Positions 35,003 to 47,830 of a stretch of DNA of 64,000 nucleotides are shown here, piece after piece (positions within the stretch are counted from its first letter, which is position 1; every line of letters starts with the position of its first letter). Source of the DNA: Chiloscyllium plagiosum (taxonomy: Eukaryota); contig NC_057719.1 in assembly GCF_004010195.1 (NCBI RefSeq), positions 74,588,043 through 74,652,042 on the forward strand, in the 5' to 3' direction. The notes under the pieces are model-generated. The model ran no database searches, was not told the DNA's origin, and saw nothing but the letters and a program-made list of their open reading frames with translations. Position numbers and translations under genes: made by a program.

Positions 35003-36204
35003 CTGGTAAATAAAGGTTTTAATATTTGGTTAAAGTTTGCACATAATTCAAACAAACCAAACAAAAACGTCACATTTAAGGTTTCAAATAAGTTAGCAAT
35101 TTAGACAAATTACATCATCTGAATTTCAACACTCCTAAAGTTGCAGTACTTAATGAAATTTTTATAAATGGACAAATGAAAATTTAGTTCAGTATCGTGC
35201 ACCTTTTATTGCCTCTTATTACTGTCCATCCTTCCCTAGTACAGTTTTGAAAGAGGCAAAGAATCTAGGTACATTGTGAGCCAAGCTTCTATGCAGTTGG
35301 CTCAACAACCCTCACCAATATTTTTAAGTTAAAAAATCATCTATTTTAAAAGGGGAAGTGTGCACCAAATGGTTCAAATTTTATGATTTCAATTTGATTT
35401 ATGTCAGACTACCAAGCATCATTTAGAAAGGAAGAAAAAAAATCATAATACCAATTTCTGACTAACAGCAACCTCTGTGAGAAGCATGAATACTGGCAAA
35501 ACAGTGTCAAGATGGGGCTTGACTGCAATAAACACCAAGTAGAATTGATTGCCAATGGTCACCATCAAACCTTACATAAAAATAATTGTAACTTGGTCAG
35601 GGTTTTGGAGAATCAGTGCTCTCCATACAATTATACCAGCACAAGATACTGCCTTCAGAACAGTTCTCCTGGCAAATTTTCCAACAAGCGTTTAAGTCAT
35701 GATGTTTCTGTAGTTTTCCTGATTACACTACTGGAAAGACAATAACACAGATTGGCTTTATGATCTGTAACAGCACCATGAGTTACATAATTTCATGATA
35801 TTCCTCTTTCTAGAAGAGGAACACATTGTTCATCTGTCACTCTGTTTACAATCCATTATTAATATCCCATGTTCCACTCAGCTTCTGTGTTAACATCACT
35901 TGACATAGCGAGTTCCACCACATTCTAATAGGGCAAGACACATTTCAAGTTCCAATAGCTGGTATAGTGATGCTAATTTTCTCACAACTATCAAAACAAT
36001 AGTGCAGGATTTGAGCTACACTTTAATTGAAGTTGACAGTTCCATTACACAGGTCGTCACTGGTAGTATGTGGAGCCATACCCATCCACTTATTGCTGTG
36101 AAATCTCAGCTAACCTTGAAAGTACTTTAAGTATTGAATTATAATTCAGCTTAAGAGGTATTATGGCAACTGAATTACGTGATTCACTGCTATGTGCAAC
36201 ATAC

Positions 36205-36274
36205 CTGCCAACTAACTCTTGAAGACAAATTCTCAACGATCAATCTGTTCTCTGTACGAATTGGAGGTCCATTT
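36205..36274 (-). CDS. SRSF5: SRSF5-B exon 5: [23 protein letters not shown]
   Basis: 70 nt, tttttttcccag acceptor, gtatg donor. Confidence 0.95.
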
Positions 36275-36479
36275 CTGGGAAAAAAAGACAAAATTGCATT
36301 AACTGAGATTCACAACTGTGTTAAGGAATATCATGTAAACTTCCTGCGGAATTTACTCTTTATAAAGCAAACAAAGTCATCAATTTTCCCCATATTATAT
36401 ATCAAAGAATGTTTAAGATGATAATCTGGTACGAATTTACTCATATGAGCATTACAACCTCAAAAGAAATTGCTGGAAT

Positions 36480-37320
36480 ATGAATTGCGGATGCCTGCAG
36501 ACACTATCGACACAAATACATAGCAGGTGTCAGGGGCAATTTCAAAATTTGCAGACGAGACAAAACGCAAAGTTGCCTTCCACGCAGTGAATTGGGCAAA
36601 TTTGCAGATGAAGCTCAATGCAAAAACGTGAGGAAACGCATTTTGGTAAAGGCAAAATATCAGGGTGAAACACAAAGTCTCAGGAGCATGGTGACCTGGG
36701 TGTACATATGGACAGATCACTGAAAAAGGCAGGAAGATGGAGATAGAAGTTAATAAAGCAGAGAGTATATTTTACATTATCAGTAGAGCATGGAATATAA
36801 AGGCAAGATGTCCATACTGAACATACAGAAGTCACATTGTTAGACTAATATTGTGTACAGTTCTGGGTGGCACATGATAGGAAGGTTGTAAATGCTTTGG
36901 AGAAAGCCCAGAAGTGAGTTTTGACTACAATAGTTTAGGAGATAGGAACCGTCCGTTGATAAGACTGTTCTACTTTGAGAAATGGCAAAGGGGAGATTAG
37001 AGAGAGAGGAAGAGAGCAAGCGAGAGAATGCGAAAACATTTCTCACTCAGAAGGAAGAGCAACAAAAAGACACAGATTTAAAGTGATATGAGAAATTTGT
37101 TTCACATTAATGCTTTGGGGCTGGAATGCAATGCAAGAAAATGTGGCAGAGGCCAAATCAATTCACGCATTCAAGGGGGCATTAGATTATTATTTGAATA
37201 GAACCATGTATAATAGTATAGGAGAAAGCAAAAAAATGGCACCAAATCATAATACTCAGACAGCCAGCCTTGACACAATGGACTGAATGGCCTCCCATCG
37301 GTGCTGTAACAATTTGGTGA
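36480..37320 (+). mobile_element. Old CR1-clade LINE fragment in SRSF5-B intron 4
   Basis: SKFADETK and YCVQFW remnants. Confidence 0.7.
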
Positions 37321-37696
37321 TTAATTTGCATGGCAAGTTACGTAACATTTCCACATGAGAGGCATTCTTTGAAAGAAGCTATTTATTGTTCACCAGTTCA
37401 AAGGGTAATTTCATTCTGTTGTTTGCATTCCATCACTGGTCTTTATAGGAGACATCAGTGTTGTCTGTGCAGGATCACATTAAGCCTCTGCATCCAACTA
37501 TTGATAAAATATCAAGATTCAAAAGTTCTGTTCACTTTTCTCCTTCCTTATAAAAATCAGTATTGAGGCCAACTGTGACCTTATCAAATTGATACAGACT
37601 AGACAACAAACCTGATAACCTGCCTGCCCATAAAGCTCAGTGACATTCACCTTTCTGTTTTTCTAAGCCAGTAGTGCAGCTGTTAGATTGTCTCAC

Positions 37697-37792
37697 CTTC
37701 CATCACTCCGTGGGCGGCGTGGGCTAAAGCGACCTGAATAGCGTCCTCCACGACCCCCTCTGGGTCGTGCTCTAGCATGTTCAACTGTAACT
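37697..37792 (-). CDS. SRSF5: SRSF5-B exon 4: VTVEHARARPRGGRGGRYSGRFSPRRPRSDG(R)
   Basis: 96 nt, ttctgcag acceptor, gtgag donor. Confidence 0.94.
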
Positions 37793-37880
37793 CTGCAGAA
37801 ACATAATACACACTTAACGAAACAGCCATTTTATTTGAAAATAGTCAGCTACAAAGCAGCCTATTTTAATTTTTTCTTAC

Positions 37881-37951
37881 CTTTCACTACACAATTCTTT
37901 TCCATCCAATTCGTAAACTGCATCATCTGCATCCCTGTGATCTTCAAACTC
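37881..37951 (-). CDS. SRSF5: SRSF5-B exon 3: EFEDHRDADDAVYELDGKELCSE(R)
   Basis: 71 nt, gtaag donor. Confidence 0.95.
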
Positions 37952-38088
37952 CTAACAGTAGATACAGTGGTAACAAAATATAGATAATTTATACAGACCG
38001 TGGCTTGCTCGTTCAAAGATTGTGTTTTGAATATTTTATTGCTTAAAGTTACAATGTTCAAATCTGTTGAACTGAAAAGCAACATTAC

Positions 38089-38211
38089 CACAAATCCAAA
38101 TCCATTCTTCAAGTCAATTTCCTTTATTCGTCCATATCCTTTAAAGAATTTTTCCACATCCCTTTCTCTGGCATGAGGGCTCAGTCTACCAATGAATATA
38201 CGTGAGCTCAT
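38089..38211 (-). CDS. SRSF5: SRSF5-B first coding exon (exon 2 to 38216): MSSRIFIGRLSPHARERDVEKFFKGYGRIKEIDLKNGFGFV
   Basis: ATG at 38211, acceptor cctaccag at 38217, donor gtaat at 38088. Confidence 0.95.
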
Positions 38212-39101
38212 TTTATCTGGTAGGATTCCATAAAAGTCAGAAACAAGAAGCATTCTGTTATAGTGACTTTAAAACTGAATCTAGAACTCAAATTTTATAT
38301 TTATTCAGAAGATAAGTCAAAACAGATGTTTGCAGCATTACTATGAACTGAATGGTATGCTACTTTACGACAATAATGGCATTCTCTCATATAATGAGAA
38401 GTATCCACAGACTTATTCCTATGTATTTTGACAATACTGTGCCTTTAACAGATGTGTTCTGTCCAGTTTCTTTTGCAAAAGCACGTTGCCACAATGGAGC
38501 CGAAATGTCACCTTTAGATAGTTGGAGAACAGCTCTGAATTCTCCCAGGATGTTTTTAACTAAGATAAAAGAATGAGTGGGCAGGGTCATGCTTTCAGAC
38601 CCAAAAATGGATTTTGGTTTTGCTTCAGTTAGTTGGTGGGTTTTGCTGGCTGCTGGAACTAATAGCTTGAGTATGCCGTTGCTAGTGTAAAGTCTTAGGT
38701 AGAGAGTCTTCCTCTAAACAAAAAAATTAAAAGGGTAGATTGCTGCGTTTGGTTTTTTTACAACTGGACTGGAGAAAGAGAGACCACAAGGAACTAATAA
38801 TTGTGTTGCTGAATTGCCTTTACCAAGGGTGCATTTATGGAACAGTGCCTACATTGGAACAGTTGACAATTAATGGCTAAATAATACAGTAACATGTTCA
38901 GTATTTCCTTAAAGTTACAACAATTCTTTTTTTGTACATTAACTGTGTTTTAAAAATAAAACATGCTTTGATTAAAGCTTAATGGTGAACCAATCAATCA
39001 AAGTATTGCGCAAATTACAGAATACCAATGGTGTGGAGAGGCCACATGGCCCATCAGGTCTACACCAACCTGCCGAAAGAGCATCCATCCACTCCTCTTT
39101 A

Positions 39102-39435
39102 GGATGGCACGGTGGCTCAGTGGTTAGCATTGCTGCCTCACAGTGCCAAGGACCCGGGTTCGATTCCAGCCTCAGGCAACTGTCTGTGTGGAGTTTCCAC
39201 ATGCTCCCCAATGTCTGCATGGGTTCCCTCCTGGTGCTCAGGTTTCTTCCCACAATCCAAAGATATGCAGGTTGGGTGAATTAGCTATGCTAAATTGGTC
39301 ATAGTGTTCAAGGATGTGTAAGATAGGTGCATTTGTCAGGGGTAAATGTAGAGTATAGGGTTGGGGAAATGGGTTTGGATGGGATGCTCTTTGGAGCGTT
39401 GAGGGCCTGTTTCTGCACCGTAGGGATTCTACGAT
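39102..39435 (+). mobile_element. HE1-type SINE, followed by an inverted SINE fragment (~39450-39560)
   Basis: Similar to the other copies. Confidence 0.8.
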
Positions 39436-39902
39436 TCTCAACCCTGGATTTAATATGGCCAATCCACCGGGCCTGCATATCCTTGGACATTGTGGGCGAT
39501 AAATCATGGCCAAGCCACCTAACCTGCACATCCTTGGAATGTGGGAGGAAACCAGAGCATTCAGAGATAAGTACAACCGGTCAGGCAACATCCAGCTCTT
39601 CATCAGAGTTCACCTCAGTGTAAAGCCCACTGGGCAACGGGCTGGAAGCATGAAACTTTACGAGAGCACTCTCTGAAGGACGAGTAGTACGCATTCCAGC
39701 TTAAAAATATATAATAGAGAGCACTGTTCTCCTACAAAACCACGGCATAGCAATTCTGCACTGCCAGCTTATAGGCCGCATGGCTCATTGCTGCACGTGG
39801 AGCCCTTTGCTCTACTCGAGCCACATGCTGCTGGAACTCATCGGGGGGGATAAGGTCACTGGTGAACTCTTATCAAAAACGAAACGAGCTTTCCACCCCT
39901 TA

Positions 39903-40211
39903 NNNNNNNNNNNNNNNNNNNNNNNNNNNNNNNNNNNNNNNNNNNNNNNNNNNNNNNNNNNNNNNNNNNNNNNNNNNNNNNNNNNNNNNNNNNNNNNNNN
40001 NNNNNNNNNNNNNNNNNNNNNNNNNNNNNNNNNNNNNNNNNNNNNNNNNNNNNNNNNNNNNNNNNNNNNNNNNNNNNNNNNNNNNNNNNNNNNNNNNNNN
40101 NNNNNNNNNNNNNNNNNNNNNNNNNNNNNNNNNNNNNNNNNNNNNNNNNNNNNNNNNNNNNNNNNNNNNNNNNNNNNNNNNNNNNNNNNNNNNNNNNNNN
40201 NNNNNNNNNNN
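39903..40211. other. Assembly gap (309 N)
   Basis: N run inside the SRSF5-B intron 1 CpG island. Confidence 1.
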
Positions 40212-41000
40212 TGGCACGGCCATTCTGGGGGGGGGGGGGGAAGAGGTGTTGTATTGATGGGGGGGCGGGGGAAGACAGAGAGAGAGAGAAAGAAAAATTG
40301 CGAGGGAAGAAGCGACCTCTCGCCAGGCGGGTTTTTTTTTAAAAAAAACACACGATTTACAGGAAACACCGACCGCGCACGGCCAGGCTCGGACCGACCG
40401 CGGGATGGGGAGAAGGAGAATCGCCGGGAGGAGACGGGGGTTCTGTGCCTGGGGAAGACACCAAGGTTCTCCTTTCCCGAGCACAAGGAGCGGCGGAGCA
40501 GAGGCGGGAGGGCGGGAGCCTTCCCCCCCCTAGGCCCGGGCCGACCGCACCGGAGAGACAAAAAAAAATCACCACGTGGCGCTTACAGACGAGCTGTGAG
40601 GGGTTGGGGTTGGGGAAAGGGAAGGGATGTGTTGTAGAGGAAGGCCACCTCCACAATAATATTGACGATGTTGTTATTATTAATAGCGATGATAAGACGG
40701 CTCTCACTCTTACCAGCTCAGGCCGCTCGCCCCGCACTGACGCAGTTGGAAATAAAATACAACTGCCGCACAAAATGGCGGCCGACCGCCTCGCGACGGC
40801 CAATGGGCTGGCGGCGTTGATGTCACTTCCGGGCATTGTGACACATTCCCCGCTCCCCCATCTCATTCGCTACATTCCACGGTGACTCTCTACGAAGAGT
40901 TACATTGCAGTAGGGAGCCCTCTCTGTTAAAGGGGTCTTCCCCAGGCACAGAACCCCCCCGTCTCTTGCGCGCGGAGAGAAATGCCTCTGTTTTTGGCAG
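40212..41000 (-). promoter_or_regulatory. CpG island promoter of SRSF5-B, with YY1 site CAAAATGGCGGCC (40771-40783) and ETS site CCGGAAGTGAC (~40822-40832)
   Basis: CpG-rich block; motifs read directly. Confidence 0.75.
40714..40825 (-). other. SRSF5: SRSF5-B non-coding exon 1 (5' end approximate)
   Basis: Donor CTG|gtaaga at 40713; shares motifs with copy A exon 1. Confidence 0.7.
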
Positions 41001-41319
41001 CGTATCTCAGAGGCATGTTAAATTCTAGTGTATCGTTTGTTTTTATTTCCGCTCTGCGCAGAATTTTAAACAAATCACACGACACCGGGTTATAGTCCAA
41101 CAGGTATATTTCCCTGATCACCTAATACTGTCCATTTGCCCGGATAAGTTCAGCTTCAACCACATTCAAGAAGCTGAACACCATCCAGGACAAAGCAGCC
41201 TCCTTGACTGGCACCACATCCGCAAGCATCCACTCCCTCCACTACTGATGTTCAGTAGGGGCCAGTGTGTACTATCCACAAGACTGCAAGTTCACCAAGG
41301 TTCCAACTCTAGCACTGGA

Positions 41320-41455
41320 TAAAAACAAATAACTGCGGATGCTGGAATCTGAAACCAAAAGAGAAAATGCTGGAAAATCTCAGCAGGTCTGGCAGCATCT
41401 GTAAGGAGAGAAAAGAGCTGACGTTTCGAGTCTAACTGACCCTTTGTCAAAGCTG
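41320..41455 (-). mobile_element. Penelope-like terminal fragment
   Basis: On the - strand it reads TTTGACAAAGGGTCAGTTAGACTCGAAACGTC..., an altered hammerhead-like core. Related pieces near 3175-3310, 22460-22545, 34105-34220 and 58280-58505. Confidence 0.6.
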
Positions 41456-41586
41456 AGAGAGTAAGTCAGTGCTGCTGGAGAGAGGTATCAGAGTGCTTAC
41501 CAAGCCAGTGACTCCCCACATCCTGAGTGTGAATTTAAAATAATAACAAAGAGTGTACTTAGCTAAAAGACAGAGGAAGATACATT

Positions 41587-41850
41587 GGCACTGCTGCCTC
41601 ATAATGCCAAATACCTGGGTTCAATTCCAGCCTCGGGTGACTGTCTGTGTGGAATTTACACATTCTCCCCCTGTCGGTGTGGGTTTCCACCCACAGTCCA
41701 AAGATGTGCAGTTTAGGTGAATTGGCTATGCTAAATTGCCTGTAGTGTTAGGTGTAGGGGAATGGGTCTGGGTGGGTTGCTCTTTGGAGGGATCAGTGTG
41801 GACTTGTTGGGCCGAAGGGCCTGTTTCCACACTGTAAGTAATCTAATCTT
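41587..41850 (+). mobile_element. 5'-truncated HE1-type SINE
   Basis: Core plus taatctaatc tail. Confidence 0.8.
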
Positions 41851-43419
41851 AAAAGATGTAAAAAGAATTTTCGTGTTTAAAAAAAACTGCAGTCAGGAAC
41901 CTGTTCACAGTTACTTTCCAATGTTAGGTTAAATTTTGGGTTTCTGTCCCTACGGTGAAGACATGGTACCGAACCTGAGTTCTATATTATTTGTGATTAT
42001 GAATTTAATGTGTGGAACTGTGGTTAGAATTTACTTTCTATTTCGTGTTTTGCTTCAACATTGTATATTTGTCTGCAAAAACAATTTTTGTTTCTTAAAG
42101 CCCACCATCTATTTTTTAAGATTAGCACTAGTAAAACTTCTAATTTACTTCTTCCTTTAGAAGGTATTTTGGTTTTTTGCCTTTATTTCTGGAGAAGTAT
42201 TTCATGTTACAACAACTAACTGAATCACAGTTCTTAAATTAAGTGCATTTCAATTTTATTTATAAACTGCTTCAAAAAAGTGTTACTTTATTTCCCAGGT
42301 AAGAAAATGCAAAAAAAACAGACCAAGTACAGCTAGTTCAAATCTAAAGTTTCCACCAGTGAATAATTAGTCTACAAAAACAAAGTTCTCTTTTCAGAAT
42401 ATAATATTTGTAGAAAATTACTGCTTAATTAATCTCATGCAGAAACTGGCATAATCATTAGCACAGCTGTTTTTCCTTCTCCAAAAGTAGTACAGTGCTC
42501 ACTGGCAAAATAGAGAAAGTTTGAAAAGTACTCATGGAAGTAACTGACTTGAAAATAAGAATCAGATTGCATAGAAGCTATTTCCAGAGTTTTAATGTTG
42601 ATTACATTCAGGTGGAGTCACTGTTGTAATGAAGGAAATAAATCAGCAGTTTGCACACAGCAAGGTCTCACAAATCAATAATGAAATAAATGACCAGATC
42701 CGTTCTCTAAGATGTTGCTTGAGAGATCAGCGCAAGTCTGGACATCTCAGCTTTTCTTTGAAAAGCACTTTGGCCTTGTTTACTCTATATGAAATGATAG
42801 ATTTGATGAATAATATAAGGGTACATCCAATAGTGCAATGTTTCTCCATTGCAGCTCTGAAGTGACAGTTTGGATTCCATGTTCTCGTCTGTGGTGTGGA
42901 GACTGAATCCACAACTTCTGACACTCGGCCAAAAGTACTATAGGGTACAATGTTTCAAACTCAACTGTCAAAATACTGGAATTCTTGGAAAACCAGGCAT
43001 TTGTAAAATGTGCCACACAACAATTTTAGTTGAGAAAAAACATTGAAAAACCTTTCATGGACAATTGAGCCAGACACAGTGCTGGACTAGTTTTCTATTT
43101 TGCCACTTGCATGTTGATCTGCTTCAATATTCTGTGCAATCCCCAATGTCACATGAATCAGTGTGACCCAGCCACGCACCCCAAACTTCGAAGGCCCAAA
43201 GGTTAATGGTTTTGAGACACTATCTGTAATACTGAGTTAAGGCTGACAAATAGAAAGATGAAAATACAATCAAATCAAATTCTAATAAAATTCTTTTAAA
43301 ACAAACTCAATGTCGCCATGCAATTGCACATAAGCAGCAAAAACAAACAGTTAATTCAAAGCTTTTCATTGAAGAGATACCAATGAAATAGTCCAAGAAA
43401 ATCAAATGTTGTAATAACA

Positions 43420-43425
43420 TTTATT
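43420..43425 (-). terminator. Candidate polyadenylation signal AATAAA of SRSF5-C
   Basis: tttatt on + strand ~320 nt after the stop. Confidence 0.55.
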
Positions 43426-43745
43426 GGTTTAAAAAGTATAATGTATCAGTTATAATTAACAGAATATGAAGAGAGTCTAAGTTATGCCACAGCTTTTCAG
43501 AAACAATCTGATATCAATTTACTCAATCTATCCGTTATATATTCAATACCAAAGCAGCATAGAACTTTAAACCAGTTCTAATATAAGCAAATTATTTTCC
43601 ATTAGTGACTTTAATGTATTAAAGAAATATTTGTCTTTTACAGTTCAACAAAAACTTACATGAACAAAGAAGCATCCACAAACAATCTCAAGCAAAAGAT
43701 AGCTAATATCATTTTCTGAAGAAAACAGCTTTTTACAATCATTGT

Positions 43746-43989
43746 CTAATCAGCACTTTCAACAGAACGTGATCTGGATCTTGATTGGTTTGTCAATCCA
43801 GAAGATTTTGATCTTGAATGAGCCTGGTTATTCATCACTGGTTGATCTTTTCTAACAGGTGATCTGCTTGCAGAATGGGATTTACCACGACTCCTGCTTC
43901 TGGATCTACTTTCTGATTTTGACTGCTTAGATGATGGTGACCGACTGCGAGATCTTGAGGAACTTCTATTGTGAGATCTGCTTCTGGTC
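43746..43989 (-). CDS. SRSF5: SRSF5-C last exon: [80 protein letters not shown]
   Basis: Acceptor atttctag at 43990, open frame to TAG at 43748-43746, and the same SAD* terminus as A and B. Not in the ORF track. Confidence 0.9.
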
Positions 43990-44717
43990 CTAGAAATCAG
44001 TTAGATAATCAAATTTTCATTTTCAATTATCTAGTCACAAGCAGTTAGTTATATTCATTAATATCGGGAAAAAAAGCACCCAGGCACCTTATTTCTTGTA
44101 AAATACTGGTAAAGTATATACAATGTAGAGTGCCGTATATGGCACCAGCAACCTGGATAATCTGTGCCAAGGCATTTAAAAAAAAAAGAGATATTTCTCC
44201 TGGTAATAATTTCCCTGACCCCCATACAGACATTGGTATTGAGAGCAGTTGTTGGCCATCTCCACAGTTAATCAGAATTCCAACAGATTTTAGCTGATCA
44301 CAGCAATGGGGAAAGGGGGAAAACGTTCCACTAATTAATATTCAGTAACTTCACCAAAAGGAATATGCAATATCATGCAAGTTCTGGATTACAGTGAGTT
44401 GATTTATCCCCCATCCCTGTGGTTAAGCAACAACTTTTATTGCACCTTTAACACATTAAAAAAAATCAAAGGTATTTGAGACAAAATAAAATGAACGACT
44501 GCACATAAAACAATATTAAGGCAGATGATCAAAAGCTCAGCCAACAGGTAGGTTTTAAGGAGTTTCTTAAAGAAAGGTAGAAATGTTTAGAAAGGGAATT
44601 TCAGAGACAGAACTCCGGCTGCTGAAGCTAAGTCACAGTAATGTTTGCAGGTCATGTGGAAATAGTAAGGAATAATTTTTGTAAATTTAAATGGCATAGA
44701 TTAAGAGTAATAATCAC

Positions 44718-44825
44718 CTGCGTTTCCGATCTTCAATTAATCTTATTTTTCGACCATTTATCTCTTTACCTTCCAGCTTGTTGAGAGCATTTCTCATGTC
44801 ACTAGATGTGGCAAACTCAACCACC
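44718..44825 (-). CDS. SRSF5: SRSF5-C exon 7: [35 protein letters not shown](R)
   Basis: 108 nt, ttgttttag acceptor, gtgat donor. Confidence 0.92.
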
Positions 44826-46099
44826 CTAAAACAAGCAAATGACATTTTGAGAAATGTGCATCTTGTAATGCTGATAATCACATTATATTTTGCCTCCTTC
44901 CCAATATTACCACAACAGAAAGTTCCTGGTTCAATCAATCACCATTCAGGACTGAATATGCACTCACCCTTGTTTACGTAGGAAATTTATAAGAGTTCCA
45001 CTCCTAATGGCTAAAGTGAATACTTGCTGTAACATAAGCCTATTTGGATTCTGGCTCAGCATGAGTCAGGCTGGGTTGTCGTGCCTTCTACACATTCAGG
45101 AAATACCAATAGTCACTGTTAACAAATAAAGCATGGCCACTGAGGCAATACAGTGGAGGAACCTGGTGTTCGTGTTATAATTTCAAGAACATGGATTACT
45201 CATTTAAGAAAAACTGAAGTGTAATTTTAAGTAAATGTTACTTAATGTAAAGCCAATCAACATATGGATATTTCCTCCTGACTTCACAATTCCATCCATA
45301 CTGTAACAGGAATTATTAATCTGCCTCTGACCCCCAGTGAACAGTGGCATGCAAAAATATTCAGCACATCAGAAAACACTGTATTCCATCTGCAATAAGA
45401 GGGATCCCACTGAGCATAATATCTACTGAGGAAGCTTGCTGAGGTTTGTTTTTATAGTGGCTGTCTTGGAATAGCTCAAGACCTATATCAGAAGTCATGG
45501 GGTCACACAGCATCGTCAGAAAGCAAAGGGCTGGATTCAAAACTCATGGCATGTGTTGAACAGATTGTGGCTTCATTTGAAATTGTAGGGCTTTGTGAAA
45601 CTCAGATTTGATTGATTTTAAAAAAAAACATTCATCGTAATGCTTCAACAAACTGGGAACCTGGCAAATCTTGGATTTTACCCGAAATGGATACTCTGGT
45701 TCCAAAATCCATATAAAAGCAAATGAAGCTCTCAAAATGGGAGGGTGGCAAGGTTGCTGCTTATCTTACCTAATGTGATCAACAAAACTGTTTTTGGAAG
45801 ACAATGAGCAAAGGACAATTTAATCATTATTGCCTTCCTGAGAGTTTTCAGTGCAGGTAAGGTTTGTAGAACTTTACATATCCAACTGGAACGTATGGTG
45901 CAGAGCTCCTCAGCATGCAAAAATTAAGGCTTTTCTTGACCATGTGTGAAATCCATGACCCCACAAAAGGGAATTGCAAGACTATATATGGGCAAGTGGT
46001 TTGGATATCTGCCCTGTGTAGATTCTTCCACAATACTGAAGGCATTATTTAGACAACAAATTAGGAAATTCTATTCTGGAAGTCACTAGCATATGCTCC

Positions 46100-47830
46100 T
46101 ATCTCTTATCCAACAAAAGATATGTTTGTATTGAAGGCGGTCCAGAGATGGTTTACTAGGCTGATACGGACTATGGAGGGACTGCCTTATGAAGCGAGGT
46201 CGAGTAGGTTGGGCCTATACTCATTGATTCTCATTCTTCTAAATACCAATGTTATTGAAACAAACAAGATTCTTTGCGGACTTGCACAGCAGATACGAGG
46301 GCCCCCCCACCCCACCGGCTTTCTGTGGGAGTACCTCGGACCAGAGGGCATAATCTCAATAAGAGTTTGCACATTCAAAACACAGATGAGGAGGTATTTC
46401 TTCTCTCAGAGGGTAGTGAATCTTGGAATTCTTTCCCACAGAGGGCTGTTGAGATGCTGGCTCATTAAGTATTTGTATCATCCATAGTCACAGGTGAGGT
46501 GCCAGAAGACTGGAGGTTGGCAAACGTGGTGCCACTGTTTAAGAAGGGCGGTAAGGCCAAGCCAGGGAACTATAGACCGGTGAGCCTGACGTCGGTGGTG
46601 GGCAAGTTGTTGGAGGGAATCCTGAGGGACAGGATGTACATGTATTTGGAAAGGCAAGGACTGATTAGGGATAGTCAACATGGCTTTGTGCGTGGAAAAT
46701 CATGTCTCACAAACTTGATTGANNNNNNNNNNNNNNNNNNNNNNNNNNNNNNNNNNNNNNNNNNNNNNNNNNNNNNNNNNNNNNNNNNNNNNNNNNNNNN
46801 NNNNNNNNNNNNNNNNNNNNNNNNNNNNNNNNNNNNNNNNNNNNNNNNNNNNNNNNNNNNNNNNNNNNNNNNNNNNNNNNNNNNNNNNNNNNNNNNNNNN
46901 NNNNNNNNNNNNNNNNNNNNNNNNNNNNNNNNNNNNNNNNNNNNNNNNNNNNNNNNNNNNNNNNNNNNNNNNNNNNNNNNNNNNNNNNNNNNNNNNNNNN
47001 NNNNNNNNNNNNNNNNNNNNNNNNNNNNNNNNNNNNNNNNNNNNNNNNNNNNNNNNNNNNNNNNNNNNNNNNNNNNNNNNNNNNNNNNNNNNNNNNNNNN
47101 NNNNNNNNNNNNNNNNNNNNNNNNNNNNNNNNNNNNNNNNNNNNNNNNNNNNNNNNNNNATTCTGGTCTCCTTCCTATCGGAAAGATGTTGTGAAACTTG
47201 AAAGGGTTCAGAAAAGATTTACAAGGATGTTGCCAGGGTTGGAGGATTTGAGCTATAGGGAGAGGCTGAACAGGCTGGGGCTGTTTTCCCTGGAGCGTCA
47301 GAGGTTGTGGGGTGACCTTATAGAGGTTTACAAAATTATGAGGGGCATGGATAAGGTAAATATACAAAGTCTTTTTCCTGGTGTCGGGGAGTCCAGAACT
47401 AGAGGGCATAGGTTTAGGGTGAGAGGGGAAAGATATAAAAGAGACCTAAGGGGCAACTTTTTCACGCAGAGGGTGGTACGTGTATGGAATGAGCTGCCAG
47501 AGGAAGTGGTGGAGGCTAGTACAATTGCAACATTTAAGAGCCATTTTGATGGGTATATGAATAGGAAGGGTTTGGGGGGGGTTTGGGCCGGGTGCTGGCA
47601 GGTGGGACTAGATTGGGTTGGGATATCTGGTTGGCATGGACGGGTTGGACCAAAGGGTCTGTTTCCATGCTGTACATCTCTATGACTCTAAATATAGCCT
47701 AGTCTGAGACTGATGGATTTTTAAATTAGTAAAATAATCAAAGTTTATAGGAAAAAGAGAGTGGAGATGAAGAATATCAGGTCAGCCATGATCTCATTAG
47801 ATAGCTGAATGGCCTACTTCTGTTCCTACA
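46100..47830 (+). mobile_element. Young CR1-clade LINE (~46470-47690, spanning the gap) nested in an older CR1 3' fragment
   Basis: Intact frames PEDWRLANVVPLFKKG..NYRPVSLTS and KLERVQKRFTRMLPGL; the older element resumes at ~47695. Confidence 0.9.
46723..47159. other. Assembly gap (437 N)
   Basis: N run inside the young CR1. Confidence 1.

Larger units (their letters stand above)
30839..40832 (-). other. SRSF5: SRSF5 paralog B gene span (CDS join 38211-38089, 37951-37881, 37792-37697, 36274-36205, 34383-34310, 33285-33178, 31387-31120; 810 nt, 269 aa)
   Basis: All introns are GT-AG, the frame is open throughout, and the exon phases match copy A. Confidence 0.93.

Noticed and set aside
30839..40832. 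Possibility that A and B are a haplotype or assembly duplication
   Set aside because: Introns unalignable, different TE content, many synonymous differences and in-frame indels.
39780..40885. Long ORFs around the first gap
   Set aside because: Produced by the N run and the GC-rich promoter island; no recognisable domain.
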